IMG/VR virus record: IMGVR_UViG_3300027732_000081
Coordinates: 1-31,345 of that record
Strand: one strand, 5' to 3'
Length of the DNA stretch: 31,345 nt
From: a virus
Lineage: Duplodnaviria > Caudoviricetes
Shown here: positions 9,009-17,380 of the stretch, in pieces
Layout: each line of letters begins with the position of its first letter
Position numbering within the stretch: the stretch's first letter is position 1
Program-made: the position numbers and the translations under genes
Notes under the pieces: generated by a model
Told to the model about the DNA's origin: nothing
The model's database searches: none
The model's input: only the letters and a program-made list of their open reading frames with translations

Positions 9009-9686
9009 GTGGACCCCATCAGTATTCTCCTTTTGGCCTCGAGTGCATTCTCTGCAATCAAGCAGGGCATTGCCACATACAAGGACGTTAAGAATACTGC
9101 TGGTGACGTTAAGAAGATCGTCAACGAGATCGCTGGCATGTTTGGGCCAACCCCAACAAAAGAGCAAAAGAAACAGATCGTTGCCGAACAAAAGCGAGTG
9201 CAAGAAGTCGCTGCCTATGACCCCAATGCAGTCATGGGAGACATTGCAAAGCGCCTTGGTGAATTTATGCGGCATATGCAGCAGATCCAGGATTATTACC
9301 ATGAGGAAGAGCGCAAGTCCAAAGAGGAAGTCTATGACGGGGCAGACTCTCTGGCAGAGCGTGCCTTGCAGCGTACCCTTGTACTCACCCAGTTAAGACA
9401 GATGGAGGCTGATTTGCGAGAGCAGATGATTTTCCAATCGCCTCCAGAGCTTGGGAATTTGTGGACACGGTTTAACGAGATGCGTGAGCAAATCGCGGTG
9501 GAGCAAGAGCAAGCCAGGGCAGTGCGAGATCAACGTGAGGCGCAGGCGAGATGGCAACGAAGACGGGTAATCGCGGACCTGCAAGACAAAGCAATCTACC
9601 TGGCAGCCGCCTTGTGCGTGATCCTATACCTGGCCGTGTTTTGGTCACTCCTGGTGATGGACCGAAAGACCAGATGGGGTTTCTGA
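9009..9686 (+). CDS. Coiled-coil protein with C-terminal TM helix
   Basis: 225 aa with a GTG start, DPISILLLASSAFSAIK N-terminus and a TM segment AIYLAAALCVILYLAVFWSLL. Confidence 0.75.
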   Translation: MDPISILLLASSAFSAIKQGIATYKDVKNTAGDVKKIVNEIAGMFGPTPTKEQKKQIVAEQKRVQEVAAYDPNAVMGDIAKRLGEFMRHMQQIQDYYHEEERKSKEEVYDGADSLAERALQRTLVLTQLRQMEADLREQMIFQSPPELGNLWTRFNEMREQIAVEQEQARAVRDQREAQARWQRRRVIADLQDKAIYLAAALCVILYLAVFWSLLVMDRKTRWGF

Positions 9687-9868
9687 TCGCGCTCATATGC
9701 ATGGTCCTAGTTTTTTGCCTGATGCTGCCGATAATTACAGTAATCTACTTTGATACTCTGGCGGTGCAAAAGGAAAGCAAAGCGCAGATCGAAAGAATGG
9801 AGAGGCTGCGCAAGCAGCTTGAGGAAGACCGAAAGAAGATGGACCAGGCCAACAGAAAGGAAGACTGA
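9674..9868 (+). CDS. Small membrane protein (N-terminal TM plus charged coiled coil)
   Basis: Internal ATG 9674 of ORF 9551-9868 gives MGFLIALICMVLVFCLMLPIITVIYF...; its stop abuts the next ATG. Confidence 0.65.
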   Translation: MGFLIALICMVLVFCLMLPIITVIYFDTLAVQKESKAQIERMERLRKQLEEDRKKMDQANRKED

Positions 9869-10075
9869 ATGAGACTGCTGCTTTGTCTGACCATCATGGT
9901 GCTTGCTGGGTGCGAGGACCGCTATCGATACACCTGCCAGAACCCTGACAACTTTGAACTCAAAGAGTGTCAAAAGCCAAGGTGCTTATTCACGCAGACC
10001 TGCCCCGAGTATTTAGTTGCCCCGGTATTGACAAACAAGATTGAACCAGCAAAGGCCGAAGATGCTAAAAAGTAA
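9869..10075 (+). CDS. Small Cys-rich lipoprotein
   Basis: Signal peptide II with canonical lipobox LAGC, and four further Cys in the mature part. Confidence 0.8.
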   Translation: MRLLLCLTIMVLAGCEDRYRYTCQNPDNFELKECQKPRCLFTQTCPEYLVAPVLTNKIEPAKAEDAKK

Positions 10076-10532
10076 ATACACCCCTGAAGAGATTGAGGTT
10101 CGTATCTGGGGCTTTGTTGTGGTGATGATCACCGTCATTTTGCTTGGCATTGTGTTTGCCCTGCTCTATTCAGTAACGTTTGTCACCCAACCCATCAAGT
10201 CCATGGCGCCCATCGACCAGGCTTACACCAAGATGTTGAACGACATTGTGCTGCTCATTGTTGGCGGCATTGGCGGCATTGTGGGCAAGCGTGCCGTGGG
10301 GGCCGTCACCGCTGCAATAAACCCTACGCCGCCACCTACACCTGCCCAGGCTGCACTAGTGCCTTCTATGCCTGTTTCTGCGCCTCCCAGCGGTGCTTTG
10401 CCAGTCTGGATCAATCCACCTCTAGATGAAACCTGGACGCCTCCACCTCCACCGACAACGCCACCAGAGCACCTGGAACCCGATCATGTCCGCGAGGAGA
10501 TCGCAGCAGCAAGACGTGAGGCTGGGCAGTGA
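10062..10532 (+). CDS. Two-TM membrane protein with Pro-rich tail (holin candidate)
   Basis: Two hydrophobic helices (IWGFVVVMITVILLGIVFALLY; IVLLIVGGIGGIVG); sits upstream of Rz and the endolysin. Confidence 0.6.
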   Translation: MLKSKYTPEEIEVRIWGFVVVMITVILLGIVFALLYSVTFVTQPIKSMAPIDQAYTKMLNDIVLLIVGGIGGIVGKRAVGAVTAAINPTPPPTPAQAALVPSMPVSAPPSGALPVWINPPLDETWTPPPPPTTPPEHLEPDHVREEIAAARREAGQ

Positions 10533-10996
10533 ATCCATACCTAATCATTGCGGCCATGGTTGCCATTGGCGGTGCCTATGGTTACGGCCACCATGTTGGT
10601 TATGCTGACCGTGACGCTGAGATGCAGGCTCACATTGCCAAGCTCAATGCAGAGTCACGCGCCAAGGAGCAAGAGCTGGCAAGCTCACTGAATAATCAAA
10701 CTGAAACCCTGCGAAAGGCCAAGAATGAGATCAACAAGAAGCAGTCTGACATTAATAATCTTATTGATGCTAATCAGTTGCGCCTCCCGGTCCCGTCCAC
10801 CCCAAGTTGCGTACCAGCCACCCCAGATGCCAGCCCTCCCAGCGGAGATCGGGACAAAGCAAGACCCGACACTGACAGAGAGATTATTAAAGCTCTTGTC
10901 GCCATCGCCATCGAGGGAGACAGAAACACCGTCCAGCTTAACGCCTGCATCGACACCTACAACAAAGTGAGAGAGGCCATCAATGGTAAACAGTGA
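10529..10996 (+). CDS. Rz: Rz-like inner-membrane spanin
   Basis: N-terminal TM, periplasmic coiled coil, LRL...C... and QLNACI C-terminal pattern; it contains an embedded lipoprotein ORF. Confidence 0.8.
   Translation: MNPYLIIAAMVAIGGAYGYGHHVGYADRDAEMQAHIAKLNAESRAKEQELASSLNNQTETLRKAKNEINKKQSDINNLIDANQLRLPVPSTPSCVPATPDASPPSGDRDKARPDTDREIIKALVAIAIEGDRNTVQLNACIDTYNKVREAINGKQ
10725..10970 (+). CDS. Rz1: Rz1-like outer-membrane spanin lipoprotein, fully embedded in Rz (+1 frame)
   Basis: MRSTRSSLTLIILLMLISC lipobox followed by a Pro-rich mature region. This is the lambda Rz/Rz1 architecture. Confidence 0.78.
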   Translation: MRSTRSSLTLIILLMLISCASRSRPPQVAYQPPQMPALPAEIGTKQDPTLTERLLKLLSPSPSRETETPSSLTPASTPTTK

Positions 10997-11579
10997 ACAA
11001 CTCAAAAAGCTGCACATTGGCCCCGAATGGGTTGATGCGCTCAATGAAACCTTTGGCAGGTTCAACATCTCTACCAAGAGACAACAGGCTGCATTCATTG
11101 GGCAATGCGGCCATGAATGTGGGAACTTCAAGGTGCTGCAAGAGAACTTGAATTACCGCGCAGTCACCTTGATGAAGTTGTGGCCCAAGCGTTTCCCCAC
11201 TCTTGACGTTGCCAACCAGTACGCTGGTCAACCCAGCAAGATCGCCAATAAGGTGTACAGCGGTCGCATGGGAAACCGTGACGAGGCATCAGGGGATGGT
11301 TTTCGTTTTTCGGGAAAAGGTTGCATCCAATTGACCGGCCACAGCAACTATTTTCACGCAGGCCAAGCCCTTGGCGTTGACTTTGTCATGCAGCCTGAGT
11401 TGGTCGCCACCCCCAAGTACGCTGCCTTAACGGCAGGTTGGTTCTGGTCAACGCATGACTGCAACCGCCTGGCCGAGGCAGGGGACTGGGCAGCGCTCAC
11501 GAAGAAGATTAACGGTGGGACAATTGGCCTCGAAGACCGAATTAAGCACACCAATGAGGCTTTGGCAGTCCTGACATGA
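10983..11579 (+). CDS. Endolysin, glycoside hydrolase family 19
   Basis: AAFIGQCGHECG, ENLNY, IANKVY, GDGFRFSGKGCIQLTG, AGWFW and TKKINGGTIGLEDR motifs. Confidence 0.92.
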   Translation: MVNSEQLKKLHIGPEWVDALNETFGRFNISTKRQQAAFIGQCGHECGNFKVLQENLNYRAVTLMKLWPKRFPTLDVANQYAGQPSKIANKVYSGRMGNRDEASGDGFRFSGKGCIQLTGHSNYFHAGQALGVDFVMQPELVATPKYAALTAGWFWSTHDCNRLAEAGDWAALTKKINGGTIGLEDRIKHTNEALAVLT

Positions 11580-12229
11580 CAAACCTTTACCAGCAGCTCC
11601 AAACCCCGGCACCGCCAGACCTGCCCTCACCTGGCGCGGTCTATGACGAGAGACTGACTGCGCAATCCCATCGCGGCCTGCTGACCTACTTTCGCAAGCT
11701 CACCAATATCTTGTCAACAGTCCTTGGGCCGCGAGGTGGCAAGTACTTGAACCTGCCATATGGTGCGTTTCAGGACTCAACCGACCAGACAGCGGCCAAC
11801 ACCACAACGGCCTACGCCATCACATTTGACACAACTGACTATGCAAATGGGATCACTCTGTCAAATTCATCACGTTTGAACGTGTCGCAGGGCGGGGTTT
11901 ACAACGTGCAATTCAGCGTGCAATTCAAAAACACAACGAATGACACGCAAGACGTTGAGGTCTGGTTTCGTAAAAATGGCACTGACATTGCCAAGTCAAA
12001 CTCAAGGTTTGGACTTACGACAAGAAAAGGCGCAGGTGACCCCTCTCACGTGATCGGGGCTTTGAATTACTTTGTTGATTTGGAGCAAAACGATTATCTG
12101 CAACTTATGTGGCGGCCATCAGACGTTGGCGTCTCCATTGAGCAGTACCCTGCCGGGACCAGTCCAACCAGGCCAGCAACTCCCTCAGTCATTGCCACAG
12201 TGAGTTTTGTGTCCAATCTTTCCGCATAA
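11576..12229 (+). CDS. Virion tail structural protein (beta-sandwich C-terminus)
   Basis: 217 aa (GVYNVQFSVQF, VWFRKNGTDI, DYLQLMW); upstream of the nozzle gene. Confidence 0.65.
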   Translation: MTNLYQQLQTPAPPDLPSPGAVYDERLTAQSHRGLLTYFRKLTNILSTVLGPRGGKYLNLPYGAFQDSTDQTAANTTTAYAITFDTTDYANGITLSNSSRLNVSQGGVYNVQFSVQFKNTTNDTQDVEVWFRKNGTDIAKSNSRFGLTTRKGAGDPSHVIGALNYFVDLEQNDYLQLMWRPSDVGVSIEQYPAGTSPTRPATPSVIATVSFVSNLSA

Positions 12230-12236
12230 TCACATC

Positions 12237-13718
12237 ATGGCACTTGTACCACTCAGAATCCCCCCAGGCGTTTACCGTAACGGCACAGAGTATCAAACCT
12301 CTGGGAGATGGTTCGACTCCAACCTGGTTCGCTGGTTTGAGGGTACTTTGCGTCCCATTGGTGGATGGCGCAAGAGATCGGCATCCCAGCTCACCGGGTC
12401 ATGCCGGGGCTTGATCACCTGGCGCGACAACTCAGGGGACCGCTGGATTGCTGCCGGTACAAATTCCAAGCTGTATGCCATGAATGAGGCTGGCACTTTG
12501 AAGGACATCACCCCGACAGGTTTAACTGTTGGCATTGCTGATGCAGCCACAAAGACCGGGTACGGGTACTCCACTTATGGCAACTTTGCCTATGGCGTGC
12601 AGCGCCCAGATACCGGCACAGTGACGCCAGCAACGACCTGGAGCTTGGATACCTGGGGAGAGTACCTGGTCGCCTGCTCAGATGCCGATGGCAAGCTCTA
12701 CGAGTGGCAGTTGGGCTTTTCAACGCCGACCCTGGCCGCTGCCATCACCAACGCGCCAACGGGCTGCAACGCCGTTATGACAACGGCAGAGCGCTTTGTC
12801 TTTGCGTTGGGTGCCGGTGGAGATCCCCGCAAGGTCCAATGGTGTGACCAGGAAAACAACACCGTCTGGACCCCGGCAGCCACCAACCAGGCAGGCTCAT
12901 TTGAGCTGATCACTGTTGGGTCACTAAAGGCTGGCAAGCGCGTGCGCGGTGTCAACTTGCTGTTTACAGATGTTGATGTCCACGTCAGCACCTACATTGG
13001 CCTGCCTTACGTCTACTCTTTTGAGAAGGCCGGTTCTGGTTGTGGCTTGATCTCAACCCAGGCCGTTGCGGCCATTGACACTGCCGCGATCTGGATGAGC
13101 AATTCTGGCTTTTGGGTTTATGACGGGTACGTCAAGCCATTGGCTTGTGACGTTGGCGACTACATCTTCCAAAACATCAACGCCAACCAGGTCAGCAAAG
13201 TCTATGCTGTTCACAACTCGAAGTACGGCGAGATTATTTGGTTTTACCCATCAAATGCAAGCAACGAGAATGATTCTTATGTGACGTACAACTACAGGGA
13301 AAATCATTGGGCCATTGGCTCACTGTCTCGCACGGCTGGCACTGACCGTGGGGTCTACCTAAACCCCTTGATGGTTTCTGCTGACAGTTACATCTACGAG
13401 CACGAAGTCGGCTTTGCGTATGACTCTGTCGCGCCTTTTGTTGAGTCTGGCCCTGTTGAGATCCAACCGGGTGAAAACATTATGAATGTGCGTCAGTTGA
13501 TCCCTGACGAGCAGACTCTAGGCGAGGTTGTCGTGTCCTTCAAGACTCGCATGTACCCAACGGCCACAGAAACAACTTATGGACCCTACAGCGCCAGCGA
13601 ACCCACAAGCGTGCGGTTTTCAGCGCGTCAGGTCAAGGTCAGGTACACCGGGGCGGTGCTTGCTGACTGGCGAGTTGGTCTGAATCGTTTAGACGTGTTA
13701 CCCGCTGGCAAGCGTTGA
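12237..13718 (+). CDS. Tail nozzle / DNA stabilisation protein (P22 gp10-like)
   Basis: About 490 aa, rich in Trp/Gly beta-propeller-like repeats (KVQWCDQEN, GSGCGLIS, EIIWFYPS); positioned before the ejection proteins. ATG 12237 is preferred over GTG 12207. Confidence 0.72.
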   Translation: MALVPLRIPPGVYRNGTEYQTSGRWFDSNLVRWFEGTLRPIGGWRKRSASQLTGSCRGLITWRDNSGDRWIAAGTNSKLYAMNEAGTLKDITPTGLTVGIADAATKTGYGYSTYGNFAYGVQRPDTGTVTPATTWSLDTWGEYLVACSDADGKLYEWQLGFSTPTLAAAITNAPTGCNAVMTTAERFVFALGAGGDPRKVQWCDQENNTVWTPAATNQAGSFELITVGSLKAGKRVRGVNLLFTDVDVHVSTYIGLPYVYSFEKAGSGCGLISTQAVAAIDTAAIWMSNSGFWVYDGYVKPLACDVGDYIFQNINANQVSKVYAVHNSKYGEIIWFYPSNASNENDSYVTYNYRENHWAIGSLSRTAGTDRGVYLNPLMVSADSYIYEHEVGFAYDSVAPFVESGPVEIQPGENIMNVRQLIPDEQTLGEVVVSFKTRMYPTATETTYGPYSASEPTSVRFSARQVKVRYTGAVLADWRVGLNRLDVLPAGKR

Positions 13719-13734
13719 GACTTAAAATTCAGCC

Positions 13735-14136
13735 ATGAAAGACATCAGACAAATCCTCACCGAAGACCTGGCGAAGAACTATGGTGGCTTTGCCATGACA
13801 GTTGATGCCTACTTTGATGGGTTGATGAATGCACCCAAGACAGGCAACTTTGTTGTGCGTCAGGGTGACACTCTGATCCTGACAAAGAAGATCGAGAAGA
13901 ACGGCATCGAATTTCACTGCATCAACGGTGAACGTGCCAAAGACCTTGTGTCCAACGTGCAGGCTTACCTCGATGACTTGAAGGAGCATAAATACGACTA
14001 TGCCGTCACGTTCTACGACAACCCAAGGATCAATGACTTGTTTTCACAAATCACTTACCCGTCAGAAATCAAAAAGATTGATGATGGTTTATTCAGAACG
14101 TATGAAGCAACTTTGAGGTTCAAATGGGCGCATTAA
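13735..14136 (+). CDS. Hypothetical protein, possibly GNAT-like (occupies the T7 gp13 / P22 gp14 position)
   Basis: 133-aa alpha/beta ORF between the nozzle and the first ejection protein. The function is inferred from synteny only. Confidence 0.55.
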   Translation: MKDIRQILTEDLAKNYGGFAMTVDAYFDGLMNAPKTGNFVVRQGDTLILTKKIEKNGIEFHCINGERAKDLVSNVQAYLDDLKEHKYDYAVTFYDNPRINDLFSQITYPSEIKKIDDGLFRTYEATLRFKWAH

Positions 14137-15758
14137 ATCAACTTGGCAGTGCCGCGAGCAGTTTTGTTTCTAACCCTGTTGGCAGCGTCAGCGGCGCATT
14201 GGCGCAGGCAGATAAAGACTTGAGCTTGTCAAAGAATGCCGTTCCCATTGCTGCTCTTGGAGCTTTGGCTGCTACTGGTGGCTTGGCAGGTGTTGGCATT
14301 CCAGGCTTTGCTGGCTTGGGCGGTGCTGGGGCGGCTGGGACTGCTGCTGCTGCTGATCTGGCTGCTGCCTATGGCGCGACTGGTGCTGGAGTTGGCGTTG
14401 GAACTCTTGGAGGCATTGGCGCTGCCGGTGCTGCTGGAGCTGCCGGCGCTGGACTACTCAGCGGCATCAGCCCATCAACCATGATTGCTGGTGGAGCGTT
14501 GGCTGCAAAAGCACTTGGCGGCAGCACGCCGTCATCTTCAACAACCTCAACATCCATTGACCCTGACATAAAGGCTGCATATCTCCAGCAGTTGCAAGAT
14601 GCCAGAACCACTGCTGCTGCCTTAAAGACGCAGGAGTTTGCCGGGTTCACGCCTGACTATGCGTCTGCCGAGGCGCAAATGAAGAGGCTGGCCCTTGGCG
14701 GTGCTGGTCAGGTGACTACTGATCTGGCATCCCTGATGGCACTCAAAGAGGCTGGGTATACGCCCCAGCAAATATTGGCGGCAAGTGGTGGCAGTGCTGC
14801 ACAAGCAACATCCCAAGGATATACACCAGAACAAATTGCGGCTGCACAAGCAAGCCGCGCTGGTGTGCAAAATGTCGGCGCCGGTACTGGTTCTCAGTTT
14901 ATGGGTGCATACCAAAACCCTTTCGAGCAGCAAGTTGTGCAGGGTGCATTGGGCGACATTGAGCGCCAGCGCCTGATCTCTCAGCAGGCCCAGCAAGCTC
15001 GAGCAACAGGCGCTAGGGCATTTGGTGGCTCGCGCCAAGCAATTGCTGAGTCACTTGCAAACGAGGACTACACGCGCCAGGCAGCCAACACTGCTGCCCA
15101 GTTGCGCTCTGCTGGGTTTACCACTGCTGCTGGCCTGGGCCAGACTGATGCGGCCAGGGCACTGCAAGCTCAGATGGCAAACCAAGGTGTGGACTTAACC
15201 CTTGAGCAGGCCAACGCGCAATTGCGTCAACAAGGATCGTTTGCAAATCAGGCCGCTGTAAATCAGGCATTGCAGTTTGGTGCTGGTGCAAGCAACCAGG
15301 CCAACTTGGCAAATCAAGCCGCAATGAATCAAATGGCTCAATTTAATGCTGGACTTTCTCAGCAGGCCGCGCTGGCAAATCAATCGGCATTTGGACAGGC
15401 TGCTGGCATTCGTCAAGGTGCCATTGGTCAGATGGGTGCTTTAGGTGCCCAGCAGCAAAACCTTGGGTTATCTGGTGCGCAGGCCATGATGAATGTTGCG
15501 CAGCAGCGTCAAGCATTGGACCAGGCAAGACTTGATGCAGAGCGTAATCTAAGGTTGCAACAACTTGGCATCACTGGCGGTGCATTGGGACAACAGTTGC
15601 CCAATATGGGCGGCACGACAACTTCACCCATCTACCGCAACCAATTGGCAGGCGGCCTTGGCGGTGCTTTGGGTGGCGCTCAGTTGGGCAGCATCTTGGG
15701 TGGCAAAGAATATGCAGGTTATGGCGCCGTCTTGGGCGGTTTGCTGGGCTTAGGTTAA
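14124..15758 (+). CDS. Internal virion / DNA ejection protein 1
   Basis: Gly/Ala-rich hydrophobic ends, YQNPFEQQVV and AFGGSRQAI motifs, ANQAA repeats. Confidence 0.75.
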   Translation: MGALNQLGSAASSFVSNPVGSVSGALAQADKDLSLSKNAVPIAALGALAATGGLAGVGIPGFAGLGGAGAAGTAAAADLAAAYGATGAGVGVGTLGGIGAAGAAGAAGAGLLSGISPSTMIAGGALAAKALGGSTPSSSTTSTSIDPDIKAAYLQQLQDARTTAAALKTQEFAGFTPDYASAEAQMKRLALGGAGQVTTDLASLMALKEAGYTPQQILAASGGSAAQATSQGYTPEQIAAAQASRAGVQNVGAGTGSQFMGAYQNPFEQQVVQGALGDIERQRLISQQAQQARATGARAFGGSRQAIAESLANEDYTRQAANTAAQLRSAGFTTAAGLGQTDAARALQAQMANQGVDLTLEQANAQLRQQGSFANQAAVNQALQFGAGASNQANLANQAAMNQMAQFNAGLSQQAALANQSAFGQAAGIRQGAIGQMGALGAQQQNLGLSGAQAMMNVAQQRQALDQARLDAERNLRLQQLGITGGALGQQLPNMGGTTTSPIYRNQLAGGLGGALGGAQLGSILGGKEYAGYGAVLGGLLGLG

Positions 15759-15770
15759 GGAACAAACATC

Positions 15771-17372
15771 ATGGCAACAATGAACATGGGCTTGCTGGGT
15801 GACTTGTTTGGTGGCGGCACGTCTGCCCTGAGCGAGTACCTGACCCCCGAGCAGCAAGAGTCGATGCAGCGCCAAGCGCTGCTGTCCACCGCTGCGGCCC
15901 TGCTCCAAGCAGGTGGCCCATCTGCCACTCCCATCTCACTGGGCCAAGCGCTTGGTGCAGGCTTGCAAGCTGGCACGTCCAGCTATGGCAAGGCCCAAGA
16001 GGGTGCGATTCAGCAGTTGCTGACTAGGCAGAAGTTGGACGAGTACAAGCGCCAGATGACTGACGATCAGGCATACAGAGATATGTTTGCTCAAGTGCCA
16101 GTTGCTGGCGATGCAATAACTCCCATGCAGGCGGCGGCATTGCCTGTTTCTCAATATGGTATGGGTCCAAGTCCACAGCGTAACGCCATGATTGGTCAGC
16201 CAATTCCTGCCGGTATGCAAGCTACTATGTCAGCTCAAGGTGGTTTATCTTCTTTGACTAAGGCTCAAAGAGACTTGCTTAGAAGTATGCCCGCCAAAGA
16301 GGGAAGATCAGAGCTTTTGAAGATGTTGCAGCCTCCAGAGGTGATTGGCGAACCGTATCGAACTGCTGAAGGCAAAACATTTCAGCGTCTGAAGACTGGT
16401 GGAAGAATTGAAATTCCAACTGGAGAGGCTCCAGCACTTGAGGCATTGGGCGAACCCAAAGAGGTTACCGATGCACTTGGTAACCCTGTGCTGATCCAAA
16501 GATACAAAGACGGCAGCGTCAAGACCATTGCAGGTTTTGGCGTACCACGCGAGATGGTCCAAATGAACTTGAACAACAAGATCATTTGGGTTGACAAAAA
16601 TAGAATCCCAGCGAATGCTGAATACTTGACTGGATTAAGCCCGGCAGAGGCTGAGAGATTGCGGCTTGAGCGTGCGCAATTAGGTATTGCTTTGGATCGT
16701 TTGCAACTCAGCAAAGCTGAATTTGATCGCGGCCAGTATGACCGTGTCGAAACGGCAGATGGGTTTGCTTATGTGCCTAAAGTGCCAGGTTTACCAATCA
16801 TTCCAATTGCAGGTGCTGGCGGTGAACAGTTGACTGGTAAGGGCGCATCAACTGAGGATCAGGCAAAGTCTGCTGGATTCTCTTTGCGCATGAACCAGGC
16901 AAAGCAAATCTTCAATCAGCCATTGATTGATCCTTTGACTCAGCAGCCAATTGTGGACATGAATGGAAAGCAGTTGACGCTTGAGGACGTGTTTGGAAGT
17001 CCAAGCAGAACGCAGGCAATTTTGCGCGGCATACCGTCTGCCGGTCTTACCACTGGGTTTGCAAACTATATTGAAAGTGGTGGCCGTCAGCAATACCGCC
17101 AAGCTCAAGAAAACTGGGTGACTGCAAATTTACGTTCAGAGTCTGGTGCTGTTATCGGTACTGATGAGATGGAAAAGGAAATTAAAAAATACTTTCCACA
17201 AACAGATGACAAGCCACAAACCATTAAGCAAAAAGCTGATGCACGAAGATCATCAGAAATTGCAATGCAAGTGCGTGGCGGCCCTGCACTCAAGGCAATT
17301 CAAAAAGCCCAACAAGCAACGCAACCAAGTGCTGGACTCTCATGGGACCCAGCCACACAATCATTCAAGTGA
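15771..17372 (+). CDS. Internal virion / DNA ejection protein 2
   Basis: 533 aa with an AAGGAA RBS, hydrophobic N-terminus and a C-terminal QQYRQAQENWVTANLRSESGAVIG...KYFPQ segment; synteny. Confidence 0.7.
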   Translation: MATMNMGLLGDLFGGGTSALSEYLTPEQQESMQRQALLSTAAALLQAGGPSATPISLGQALGAGLQAGTSSYGKAQEGAIQQLLTRQKLDEYKRQMTDDQAYRDMFAQVPVAGDAITPMQAAALPVSQYGMGPSPQRNAMIGQPIPAGMQATMSAQGGLSSLTKAQRDLLRSMPAKEGRSELLKMLQPPEVIGEPYRTAEGKTFQRLKTGGRIEIPTGEAPALEALGEPKEVTDALGNPVLIQRYKDGSVKTIAGFGVPREMVQMNLNNKIIWVDKNRIPANAEYLTGLSPAEAERLRLERAQLGIALDRLQLSKAEFDRGQYDRVETADGFAYVPKVPGLPIIPIAGAGGEQLTGKGASTEDQAKSAGFSLRMNQAKQIFNQPLIDPLTQQPIVDMNGKQLTLEDVFGSPSRTQAILRGIPSAGLTTGFANYIESGGRQQYRQAQENWVTANLRSESGAVIGTDEMEKEIKKYFPQTDDKPQTIKQKADARRSSEIAMQVRGGPALKAIQKAQQATQPSAGLSWDPATQSFK

Positions 17373-17380
17373 GGTAATCA

